From Candidatus Wildermuthbacteria bacterium (lineage in GTDB: Bacteria > Patescibacteriota > Minisyncoccia > Minisyncoccales > PEYH01): a stretch of 56,710 bases of DNA. Numbering within the stretch: position 1 is the stretch's first letter; each line of letters starts with the position of its first letter. The translations under genes and the position numbers were made by a program. Shown one piece after another: positions 29,113 through 37,168 of this stretch. The notes under the pieces are model-generated. The model was not told the origin of the DNA, did no database searches, and saw nothing but the letters and a program-made list of their open reading frames with translations. The stretch covers positions 1 to 56,710 of the forward strand of contig JBBIKX010000002.1 of the NCBI GenBank assembly GCA_037445205.1, in the 5' to 3' direction.

Positions 29113-29148
29113 CCCCGCACAGAAATTGCTTTGCAATTTTGTGCGGGG
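29113..29148. other. Strong 16-bp hairpin (ccccgcacagaaattgc ttt gcaattttgtgcgggg) at the 3' end of the antiporter gene
   Basis: The arms are complementary with one bulged g. No clear U-tract follows on either strand, so a terminator role is uncertain. Confidence 0.5.
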
Positions 29149-29374
29149 CAGGCGCCGAACGCGGCGAGCCCGGCGCTGGCGGGCGAGCCGCCTAATCGGT
29201 GGTTTGCCTTCGCCGCCTTCGGCGGCGAAAAATGTTTGAACTATTTTAAGAATGGAACGCCAAAACAAAACCTTTCGGCTTTTTGCCCGATGAAATTGGT
29301 CGCGCTTCGCGCGCATCATCCCAACAATATTGCCGCAGATATTGCAGCAATAAACCTCGTCAATTTTGGCTATT

Positions 29375-29656
29375 TTATTGGGTAATCTCCTCTATTTCTT
29401 TTCGCCCCTCTTTTGACTCCTCAACCTGTTCTGCATCTATTTTAAGAAGCATTGCCTCAAATTCTCCGATATGGGTTTTTTCTTCTCTGGCGATATCCAG
29501 TAAAATTTTTTTGATGTTCTTATTATCTGTCATTGCGGCCATTTGTTCGTAGAAGCTAACGGCATCCAGTTCCGCAATCATGCCAGCTCTTAAAATTTCT
29601 TTATTCAAATTCTCTTTATTAACCTTTGAAAGACTGATTGGTAATTGTGATAACAT
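29375..29656 (-). CDS. Small ferritin-like protein (EncFtn/rubrerythrin-like)
   Basis: IAELDAVSFYEQ...IAREEKTHIGEFE resembles the E..Y and EE..H di-iron ligand pattern of encapsulated-ferritin-like proteins. No encapsulin shell gene is nearby. Confidence 0.6.
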   Translation of the reverse strand: MLSQLPISLSKVNKENLNKEILRAGMIAELDAVSFYEQMAAMTDNKNIKKILLDIAREEKTHIGEFEAMLLKIDAEQVEESKEGRKEIEEITQ

Positions 29657-29738
29657 AAAATTATAAATTGTTAATTTTTTCGCGACCTTTAAATTATCCC
29701 CCTTGTATTATATTATAAGAAAATATTAATTCAAAATT

Positions 29739-30023
29739 ATGATTGGCAAAAAAATTCCCAACATCAAAAAAGCGCCGGAAAAAATAAAAAACGGGATAAA
29801 AGAAACAAAAAGGGCTTTTGAGGAAAAAACCGTAACGCTTATTTTGGGAGGATTTGGATTGGTTGCGGCTCTTGCCTGGAATGAAGCGATAAAATCTCTC
29901 TTTGCTGTTTTTTTTAAGCCCAAGGGAGAGCTTCTTGGAAAATTTATTTATGCGATAATCGTTACTTTGATCGTGGTAATCGTTTCTTCAAAGCTTCAAA
30001 GGCGCGAGGAAAACAATAAGTGA
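29739..30023 (+). CDS. Small two-TM membrane protein (DUF5654-like)
   Basis: LILGGFGLVAALAWNEAIKSLF core. Preferred over the mirror ORF 29726..29923. Confidence 0.5.
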   Translation: MIGKKIPNIKKAPEKIKNGIKETKRAFEEKTVTLILGGFGLVAALAWNEAIKSLFAVFFKPKGELLGKFIYAIIVTLIVVIVSSKLQRREENNK

Positions 30024-30507
30024 TTAAAACCCCGCAAAAAATTCCCACAAAGGCTCCGCCAAAAATATCAAGGGGCCAGTGAACTCCCACATATACCCTT
30101 GAAACGCCCATTAAAGCACAAATAAGGAACGATATAATCCCCAGCTTTTTGTTGTAAAAATATATGGCCATAGCGACGGCGAAGAAAAAAGAGGCGTGTC
30201 CCGAAGGAAATGCCCAAGAGGGAATTTTTTCTATAATCAAATTTGCCTGCCCCTCAACAAAAGGACGGGGTTTTTGATAAAAAAGTCTTATTGCCCAAAC
30301 CACAAAAAATCTGGAAAAAATTCCGGAAATAAGCGCATAAATTGCCAAGTTCTTATATTTTTTAAATTGCTTGAACAAAAGAAAAATTATAAAAATCCCC
30401 AAAAGATAGCCGGAATATTCCGCGAAAAAAATCGCAATCCAGTCAAGAAAAGGAAGCTTTCCCGCAAAATTATTTATGGCCGCAAAAAGCGCTTCATCAA
30501 AATTCAT
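29962..30507 (-). CDS. PAP2-family lipid phosphatase
   Basis: KPRP...PSGH...SRVYVGVHWPLD tripartite PAP2 motif. Confidence 0.85.
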   Translation of the reverse strand: MNFDEALFAAINNFAGKLPFLDWIAIFFAEYSGYLLGIFIIFLLFKQFKKYKNLAIYALISGIFSRFFVVWAIRLFYQKPRPFVEGQANLIIEKIPSWAFPSGHASFFFAVAMAIYFYNKKLGIISFLICALMGVSRVYVGVHWPLDIFGGAFVGIFCGVLITYCFPRAFEALKKRLPRSK

Positions 30508-31703
30508 AAAATATCTTTTTTAATTTTTTGGCCCGGCAAAGTAAATCTTCCCGCCTCAATTTTCCTTCCCGGATAAATCATAGTCCCGATCCCGGTTTTG
30601 ACGCCATCGCCCATAATTGTTCCGAATTTTTTCCGTCCTGTATCAATCAACTCTTTGCCTATCATTGTTTTAATTGTTTTTTTATCGTGCCTTACATTGG
30701 CAATGATTGTTCCAGCGCCCAAATTGGAATTTTCAGAGATGATTGAATCTCCGACATAAGAAAGATGCGCGATATTGGTGTTGTCCTGAATGATCGAGTT
30801 TTTTATTTCAACCGCCTGCCCAATGCGGCAGTTGTCTCCAATCAAAACATTTTCTCTGATAAAGCAATTAGGACCAATCAGACAATTCTTGCCAATATAA
30901 ACAGGACCAATGATATAGCTTCCGCTCCTAATCACCGCACCTTTTTTAATAATCGCCCTGCCCTTGATCTGAGCGCCCTTTTCTATTTTTCCCGATCTTT
31001 CTTGCTCTTTTTCTTTCAGAAAATGATTCGCTGCCTCAAACAAATCCCAAGAAAAGGATTGGGGAATCCATTTTTTAACAGTAACCGCATTTAACTTTTC
31101 TTTTTTGATAAAGTTTTTAACAAAATCGGTGAATTCATATTCCCCTCTTTCTGATTTTTTAAGCTTATCTTTCAAAATAACCTTGGGAAGAAAATATATT
31201 CCCGCACTCACCGAATTTGACTTTGGATTTTTTGGTTTTTCGCAGAAATCAATTATTTTACCGTTTTTTTCTAAAATTACTCCGAAGTTTTGGGGATTCA
31301 AAACCTTTTTTAAACCAATGGACGGAAATTTTTTTAAAACGTTTTTTATATCTTCTTTGAAATAAAGATCATCTCCGTTCAAGAGCAAAAAATTATTTTT
31401 TATCAAAGGTTTGGCGGAAACTGCCGCGTCGCCCGTGCCAAGCTGTTTTTTCTGAAAAACATATTTTATTTTTATCCCTTTATAATTTAAACCGATTTTT
31501 TGTTTAATCATTTCTGATTTGTAGCCAACGACCAAAATCGCCTCTTTTGCAATTCCAACCATCTGATCAAGATTATGCTCTAAAATCGTTTTGTCTAAAA
31601 TTTTTATCAAGGGTTTGGGCTTTGTAGAAGTAAGGGGCCAAAACCTTACTCCCCTTCCGGCCGCAAGAATAATTACCTGCATAGATTTTTTTTGATAAAT
31701 CAT
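30504..31703 (-). CDS. Sugar-1-phosphate nucleotidyltransferase with C-terminal left-handed beta-helix (GlmU-like architecture)
   Basis: ILAAGRGVRFWPLTSTKPKPLI at the N-terminus and hexapeptide repeats (IGDNCRIG, IQDNTNI, ISENSNLGAG) at the C-terminus. Confidence 0.8.
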   Translation of the reverse strand: MIYQKKSMQVIILAAGRGVRFWPLTSTKPKPLIKILDKTILEHNLDQMVGIAKEAILVVGYKSEMIKQKIGLNYKGIKIKYVFQKKQLGTGDAAVSAKPLIKNNFLLLNGDDLYFKEDIKNVLKKFPSIGLKKVLNPQNFGVILEKNGKIIDFCEKPKNPKSNSVSAGIYFLPKVILKDKLKKSERGEYEFTDFVKNFIKKEKLNAVTVKKWIPQSFSWDLFEAANHFLKEKEQERSGKIEKGAQIKGRAIIKKGAVIRSGSYIIGPVYIGKNCLIGPNCFIRENVLIGDNCRIGQAVEIKNSIIQDNTNIAHLSYVGDSIISENSNLGAGTIIANVRHDKKTIKTMIGKELIDTGRKKFGTIMGDGVKTGIGTMIYPGRKIEAGRFTLPGQKIKKDIL

Positions 31704-31794
31704 CTTATCAGATTTTTTCTCTTATTGACAGAGCCCAAATTGACTTAAGTTTTTGTTCTGATAATCTTAAATAATTGTTTTTTTCTTCTAAATT

Positions 31795-33021
31795 ATGGAA
31801 AATATCAGAAAAACAGCACCGCAGGTTTTGGAAATTATAGAAAGGGAAACCGAGCGCCAGAATGAAATGATTGATTTAATCCCCTCGGAAAACTACGTTT
31901 CTTTGGCCGTGCTTGAGGCGGCTGGATCTGTTTTTACCAACAAATATGTAGAGGGCTATCCGGGAAAAAGATATTATCCCGGATGCCAACTGGCAGATGA
32001 AATAGAACTGCTTTGCGCTAAAAAAGCAAGGGAGGTTTTCGGTCTTGACGAAAATTGGGAAGTCAATTGCCAGCCGCTTTCCGGCGCGCAGGCAAATGTT
32101 TCTGTTTATTTCGGACTTTTAAATCCGGGCGAAAAAATTCTCTCAATGACGCTTACTCACGGAGGACATTTAAGCCATGGCCACAAGGTTCATATATCTT
32201 CTCGCTTTTGGAAAGTAGCAAATTACGGGGTCAACGAAAAAGGACATATAGATTATGATGTTTTGGAAAAAATCGCGCAGAAGGAAAAACCCCGGCTTAT
32301 TGTTTCCGGCGCCACCGCCTATCCAAAAATTATTGATTTTCAAAGATTCGGCGAAATTGCCAAAAGCGTTGGCGCGTATCATCTGGCTGATATTTCCCAC
32401 ATTGCCGGATTAATTGCGGCCGGGCTTCACCCTTCCCCGTTTTCTTGCGCAGATGTTGTTATGACAACAACCCATAAAACATTGCGCGGACCCAGATCGG
32501 CAATGATTTTTGCAAAAAAAGAAATTTACGAAAAAATAAGGAAGGCGGTTTTTCCGGGCATACAGGGAGGATCGCACCAGCATATTATTTGCGCCAAAAC
32601 TGTTTCTTTTTTTGAAGCGCTAAAGCCGGAATTTAAAGAATATCAAAAACAAATTTTAAAAAACGCCCAAGTCCTCGCCCAAGAATTAAAAGATCTGGGA
32701 TTTAAGATTTTTTGCAATGGAACGGAAAATCATTTAATCCTGATTGATTTAAAAAGAACGATGGATGCAACTTGGGCAGAAAAAACTTTGGAAAAATCAA
32801 ACATTTTGGCGAATAGGAATGCTTTGCCTGATGATGTTTCGCCCTTTAGACCAACGGGCTTGCGCCTTGGAACGCCTGCCGCAACCACAAGAAATATGAA
32901 AGAAAAAGAGATGAGAACAATCGCAAATCTGATATATAGAGCCATCGGCAAAAAGGAGGCGGTTGAAACGATAAAAACAGAGGCAATTAATCTTTGCAAA
33001 AAATTTCCTATTATAAGGTAG
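31795..33021 (+). CDS. glyA: Serine hydroxymethyltransferase
   Basis: TTTHKTLRGPR PLP-lysine motif and SENYVS. Confidence 0.95.
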   Translation: MENIRKTAPQVLEIIERETERQNEMIDLIPSENYVSLAVLEAAGSVFTNKYVEGYPGKRYYPGCQLADEIELLCAKKAREVFGLDENWEVNCQPLSGAQANVSVYFGLLNPGEKILSMTLTHGGHLSHGHKVHISSRFWKVANYGVNEKGHIDYDVLEKIAQKEKPRLIVSGATAYPKIIDFQRFGEIAKSVGAYHLADISHIAGLIAAGLHPSPFSCADVVMTTTHKTLRGPRSAMIFAKKEIYEKIRKAVFPGIQGGSHQHIICAKTVSFFEALKPEFKEYQKQILKNAQVLAQELKDLGFKIFCNGTENHLILIDLKRTMDATWAEKTLEKSNILANRNALPDDVSPFRPTGLRLGTPAATTRNMKEKEMRTIANLIYRAIGKKEAVETIKTEAINLCKKFPIIR

Positions 33022-33088
33022 AATAGGCGACTTATTTTATTATTTTTATTGCCCAATTATAATGGGATTTTTATAATTTTTTTAGAAC

Positions 33089-33117
33089 TTGACTTAAAAA
33101 TATACTTCTGATATGAT
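33089..33117 (+). promoter_or_regulatory. Sigma70-like promoter (TTGACT, 17-nt spacer, TATGAT)
   Basis: Hexamers at 33089-33094 and 33112-33117 with an exact 17-nt spacer, in the AT-rich DNA directly upstream of the GC-rich block. Confidence 0.5.
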
Positions 33118-33148
33118 GCTAAAAATTTGATCTTTTAAGGGGGTATGA

Positions 33149-33598
33149 GTGAGCAAGAGAAACGAAGACGGAAGCGGTAACCCTGAAATCATGAGAGAGA
33201 ACGGGGGCCCGATAGCCTGCTTAGCAAAGGGGCGCATTGTCTTCAGGAAAGCGACAACAAAAAACCTTAGGGCGCTTGGTGTACGTGGAATGAGACCAAG
33301 ATGGGAAGAACCAGGACGCACTTTGGCGCTTCAATTAGTTACTAAGTGCGCCATTGCCTGCGAAGATTGTGCCGACCTGACATGTCTTCCGTGCCGCTAC
33401 GATCGCCGACCGAGCCAAGGGAGCTCAATGACCCTGCCCTTGGGGCTGATCCTTAAAAAGATTGGCGTTTCCCAAACAACAGTTTTGGCCGCTCCCAGAG
33501 AGGAGCGATGGGGAAGGGTACACTCAGTAGGCGCAAAAGAGATAAGAATCACCTTTCTGCGCAATCTCAAAACCCTCGATCAAGCGGGGAAAGAGTAG
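33149..33598 (+). other. GC-rich orphan unit: either a 149-aa Cys-cluster protein (GTG start after AAGGGGG) or a structured non-coding RNA
   Basis: The ORF spans almost exactly the promoter-to-terminator interval and contains CAIACEDCADLTCLPC. GC-rich DNA gives long ORFs by chance (mirror ORF 33094..33321), and I recognise no protein family. Confidence 0.3.
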
Positions 33599-33616
33599 TG
33601 CCTTGCTCTTCCCTTG

Positions 33617-33640
33617 GGGCGCAATGCGCCCTTTTTCTTT
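33617..33640 (+). terminator. Rho-independent terminator (gggcgc aat gcgccc, then tttttcttt)
   Basis: 6-bp GC stem followed by a T-run on the plus strand. Confidence 0.6.
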
Positions 33641-33647
33641 ATTATAA

Positions 33648-35498
33648 TTATTCCACGGTAACGCTTTTGGCGAGATTTCTTGGCTTGTCAGGATCAAGCC
33701 CTTTTAAAACGGAGACATGGTAAGCAAAAAGCTGGAGAGGAATTACCGATATTATGGGGGTGAGCATTTCCAAGGTTTTGGGAATATACACAACATCATC
33801 AGCCAAAGATTTCATTTCCTTGTTTCCCTGTGTGGTTATTGCGATAACCCTTCCTTGGCGAGCCTTGATTTCTTCAATATTAGAAACGATTTTCTCATAA
33901 ACGCTGTCCTTGGGACATATTGCCAGACAGGGAAAATTTTTATCAATTAAGGCAATTGATCCATGCTTCATTTCTCCGCCAGCATATCCCTGCGTGTTGA
34001 TATAAGAAATTTCTTTCAATTTCAAAGCGCCCTCAAGAGCCACCGGATAATTATATTTTCTCCCTATATAGAGGAAATTTTTAAACTTATAATATTTTTT
34101 GGCGATGTTTTTGATATCCGGAGCCAGAGACAAAGCTTTTTTTGCCAAATTGGGAATGTTTTTTATCTCTTTGGCGATTCTCTGTCCCATTACCAAAGAA
34201 AGATTTCTTTGCCTTCCCAGAAACAATGCCAAAAGCGCCAAAATTTCTACTTGAGAAGTAAAGGCTTTCGTGGAAGCGACTCCTATTTCCGGCCCGGCAT
34301 GATTGTAAATTCCTGCGTCAGTTTGGCGGGCAATGGTGGAGCTAACGACATTTACCAAGCCCAACGTTAAAATTCCCTTTTCTTTGGCTTCATTTACCGC
34401 CGCTAAAGTGTCTGCGGTTTCCCCACTTTGGGACACGGCCAAAATGGCTGAATTTTTGCCAAGGATCGGCTTGCGGTAGCGAAATTCCGAACCGATCTCC
34501 ACCTCTACGGGAACGCCTGCGTATTCTTCTATCATATATTCCCCCACCATTCCGGCCAGATATGCAGTTCCGCATCCGACAATGGTTAATTTATCAATTT
34601 CTCTTAATCTTTCTTTCACCGATTCTATCCCCCCAAGCTTTGCCATTCCCTGCTCTAAAATAATTCTTCCTCGCTGAGAATTTTCTAACGATTCGGGCTG
34701 CTCCATTATTTCTTTAAGCATAAAATGGGGATATCCGGATTTTTGAATCTTAATCAGGTTATTCTCAATATCAGAAATTTCCTTTTCTTTAATATTGTTT
34801 CCTAAATCAAAGATGGAAAAACCATCAGGATTAATGCTCGCCACCTCCCCATCATCAAGATAAATAACCCCTGATGCATATCCCAAAATAGCCGAAGCGT
34901 CTGAGGCAAGAAAATATTCTTCCTTTCCTATGCCCAAAACAAGAGGGCTTGATCTTTTGGCTCCCAATATTGTTTGGGGATAATCTTTTGACATTAGGGC
35001 AATGGCATAGGCGCCTTTAAGCAATCTCAGCGTTTTTAGAAAGGCGCTTTCCAGAGAATTGTGCCTGCTGTTTCTTTCTTTTTTAAGAAAATCTTCAACT
35101 AAATGAACTATCACCTCCGAGTCGGTTTCACTTGAAAACTTATGACCTCTCTTTAAAAGGATTTTTTTAATCTCTTTATGATTTTCAATGATTCCGTTAT
35201 GAACCAAAAAAATACTTTTAGAACAATCCCAGTGGGGATGAGCATTAATGTCATTCGGGGCGCCATGGGTCGCCCATCTTGTGTGGCCAAGGCCCATATT
35301 GCCTTCTATTTTTTTCCCCTTTATTTTTTCTTCCAGATCTTTTATTTTCCCCCTGCATTTAAAATACCGGGGGGTATTTTTTTCATCTAAAACAATAATG
35401 CCGGCTGAATCATAGCCGCGATATTCAAGACGCCTTAACCCTTCCAACAAAATAGATCTTGCTTCTTTCTGGCCAAGATAGCCGACAATTCCGCACAT
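33648..35498 (-). CDS. glmS: Glutamine--fructose-6-phosphate aminotransferase
   Basis: MCGIVGY N-terminal nucleophile, two SIS domains and C-terminal NLAKSVTVE. Confidence 0.95.
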   Translation of the reverse strand: MCGIVGYLGQKEARSILLEGLRRLEYRGYDSAGIIVLDEKNTPRYFKCRGKIKDLEEKIKGKKIEGNMGLGHTRWATHGAPNDINAHPHWDCSKSIFLVHNGIIENHKEIKKILLKRGHKFSSETDSEVIVHLVEDFLKKERNSRHNSLESAFLKTLRLLKGAYAIALMSKDYPQTILGAKRSSPLVLGIGKEEYFLASDASAILGYASGVIYLDDGEVASINPDGFSIFDLGNNIKEKEISDIENNLIKIQKSGYPHFMLKEIMEQPESLENSQRGRIILEQGMAKLGGIESVKERLREIDKLTIVGCGTAYLAGMVGEYMIEEYAGVPVEVEIGSEFRYRKPILGKNSAILAVSQSGETADTLAAVNEAKEKGILTLGLVNVVSSTIARQTDAGIYNHAGPEIGVASTKAFTSQVEILALLALFLGRQRNLSLVMGQRIAKEIKNIPNLAKKALSLAPDIKNIAKKYYKFKNFLYIGRKYNYPVALEGALKLKEISYINTQGYAGGEMKHGSIALIDKNFPCLAICPKDSVYEKIVSNIEEIKARQGRVIAITTQGNKEMKSLADDVVYIPKTLEMLTPIISVIPLQLFAYHVSVLKGLDPDKPRNLAKSVTVE

Positions 35499-35519
35499 AA
35501 ATTAGATGTTATTATAAAT

Positions 35520-35774
35520 TCAGATTCCCTCAATTTCTTTTAATTTCCATTTTTGACCGCCGACAGAGAGAATTATCAATTCGGCATTCTGGGCGGGCGT
35601 ATTTTTGGCGAGCAACGAAAAATTATATTTAAGATTTTGGGGGGCAATTTTTTCTCCGTGCTCTATAAAATCGCCCAATTCTACTTTAAGATAATTAATT
35701 TTTTTAAAACCGCTTTTTTTGGCGGTTTCTAGGGCAATTTTTAGAATTTGATCGGCCAAATGCAGATCGTGCAT
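35520..35774 (-). CDS. hypA: HypA-like nickel metallochaperone fragment (N-terminal MHD Ni-site domain only, no zinc CxxC domain)
   Basis: MHDLHLADQILKIALETAKKSGFKKINYLKVELGDF parallels HypA MHE...L.IG.F. The 84-aa protein has no Cys at all. Confidence 0.55.
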   Translation of the reverse strand: MHDLHLADQILKIALETAKKSGFKKINYLKVELGDFIEHGEKIAPQNLKYNFSLLAKNTPAQNAELIILSVGGQKWKLKEIEGI

Positions 35775-35801
35775 ACAATAAAATTATAAATTCTAATATC
35801 T

Positions 35802-35896
35802 AAATCCCAAACAAATTCAAAATTATTTAATTCTATTTTTTTCTTTTTGCGTTTTACATTGTAATTTTGCATTTTGAGATTTGCATTTTGCGTTTT
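35802..35896. repeat. Intergenic composite of the heptamer-mosaic repeat family (A-rich arm 35802-35824, T-rich arm 35847-35896)
   Basis: aaatcccaaacaaattcaaaatt is the exact reverse complement of leuS 40126-40148. The T-rich arm, ttgcgttttacattgtaattttgcattttgagatttgcattttgcgtttt, resembles the ileS inserts. Confidence 0.85.
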
Positions 35897-37168
35897 CTAA
35901 TGTGTTGCACAGCTAATGCATGGATCATATGCCCTGATAAGCATTTTTATTTTTCTCTCTTTTTCTTTAATATTCATTTTTTTAAGCCCGGGTAAAAATA
36001 ATTTTAAATCATTTTCCAGATTCTCCAGAAACTGGGCTGTCGGAGTAATAATTATACAATCTCTTATAACTCCTCTCTCGTCAATTTTATATATGTGAAA
36101 AAGGATGCCTCTGGGCGCCTCTATCGCAGCCACCCCCCAATTTGCTTTCTGGGGACGGGGCGATTCTTTTATGACCATATCTTTTTCGCTGTAGCTTCCT
36201 TTCAAAAAAATATCTGAAAGCTTTTGGAACTCTTCTAAAAAATGAATCAATTCTACCGACTGGGCAAAAACGTTGTGAAAAATATTATAATCTATTTCTG
36301 ATCCGAAGAACTGGTCAGCGATTTCCCCCGAAAGAGGATTAAGCTGTCTTTTATTGTTGTTGATGCGAGCCAAGGCGCCCACCATATAGCTTTGGCCCCT
36401 GTAATGTCCTCTTTTTACAACATCAAAGGGCGATTGAATTTCCGTTATTTTGGGCAAAAAACTTTTTATTTCTAAAGGATCTGCGTCTGAAGCGTCAATT
36501 TTACCATCATAAAATCCGTATTCGTTTTTTTCGCTCAGGGAAACAAATTCTGTTTTCCTTTGAAAATCCGGATAGGGAAGTTTTTTAAAAATTTTTGACA
36601 GAGAAATCGCATCTTTGAGGACAATCTTACACTTAGCCTGAAGTTCCTTTAATTTATCTATATCGGGCATCCTCCCAAATCCGCCGATCTTTGTGTTGGT
36701 TGTATGAATGGCTCTGCCTCCTATTGTTTCCACAAGACTATCAGAAAAAGCCCTGATATTGTTTGCCTGTTTCGTTTCTTTTTTTAATTTCTCTGTAAGC
36801 TTAATGCTTTCATCTGCCTTAAAATAATCAGGAAGGGTTAAAAAAAATAAATGCAGAGAGTGGCTTTGAATAATTTGGCCTATTAAAAGCATTTTGCGGA
36901 GAATTTTCACGCCCTCCGAAACTTTTATTTCCATTGCATCTTCCATCGCTTTAATGGAGCATAAATTATGGACTACGGGACAAATCCCGCAAATCCTTGA
37001 GGTGATCAGGGGTGCTTCATCATAATATCTGTCGATTACAATGCCCTCAACCAATCTGGCGCCCTGCCCTACTTCCAACTTAGCTTTTGTAACATTGCCC
37101 TTCAATATATGGCCGACAAAACCCATATGTCCTTCAATTTTTGCTATATGGTCAATGGTAATTTTCAT
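35897..37168 (-). CDS. [NiFe]-hydrogenase large subunit (group 3-like, 423 aa)
   Basis: N-terminal RICGICPVVH and C-terminal DPCISCATH Ni-Fe ligand motifs, and ITIDHIAKIEGH at the start. Confidence 0.9.
   Translation of the reverse strand: MKITIDHIAKIEGHMGFVGHILKGNVTKAKLEVGQGARLVEGIVIDRYYDEAPLITSRICGICPVVHNLCSIKAMEDAMEIKVSEGVKILRKMLLIGQIIQSHSLHLFFLTLPDYFKADESIKLTEKLKKETKQANNIRAFSDSLVETIGGRAIHTTNTKIGGFGRMPDIDKLKELQAKCKIVLKDAISLSKIFKKLPYPDFQRKTEFVSLSEKNEYGFYDGKIDASDADPLEIKSFLPKITEIQSPFDVVKRGHYRGQSYMVGALARINNNKRQLNPLSGEIADQFFGSEIDYNIFHNVFAQSVELIHFLEEFQKLSDIFLKGSYSEKDMVIKESPRPQKANWGVAAIEAPRGILFHIYKIDERGVIRDCIIITPTAQFLENLENDLKLFLPGLKKMNIKEKERKIKMLIRAYDPCISCATH

Noticed and set aside
29085-29374. 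SRP RNA, tmRNA or 6S RNA in the GC-rich convergent spacer, plus ORFs 29071..29319 and 29131..29385
   Set aside because: There is no GGAA-tetraloop/AGCA domain IV motif, no tRNA-like end and no tag ORF. The ORFs are Arg/Ala-rich chance frames. The region is kept only as an unexplained structured-region finding.
33094-33321. 75-aa minus-strand ORF in the GC-rich orphan unit
   Set aside because: It runs against the promoter and terminator orientation and has no start context. It is a chance ORF in GC-rich DNA.
33130-33640. glmS ribozyme, considered because the GC-rich block is adjacent to glmS
   Set aside because: The block lies at the 3' end of glmS and is transcribed from the opposite strand. 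The real glmS 5' region (35499-35519) is only about 20 nt long.
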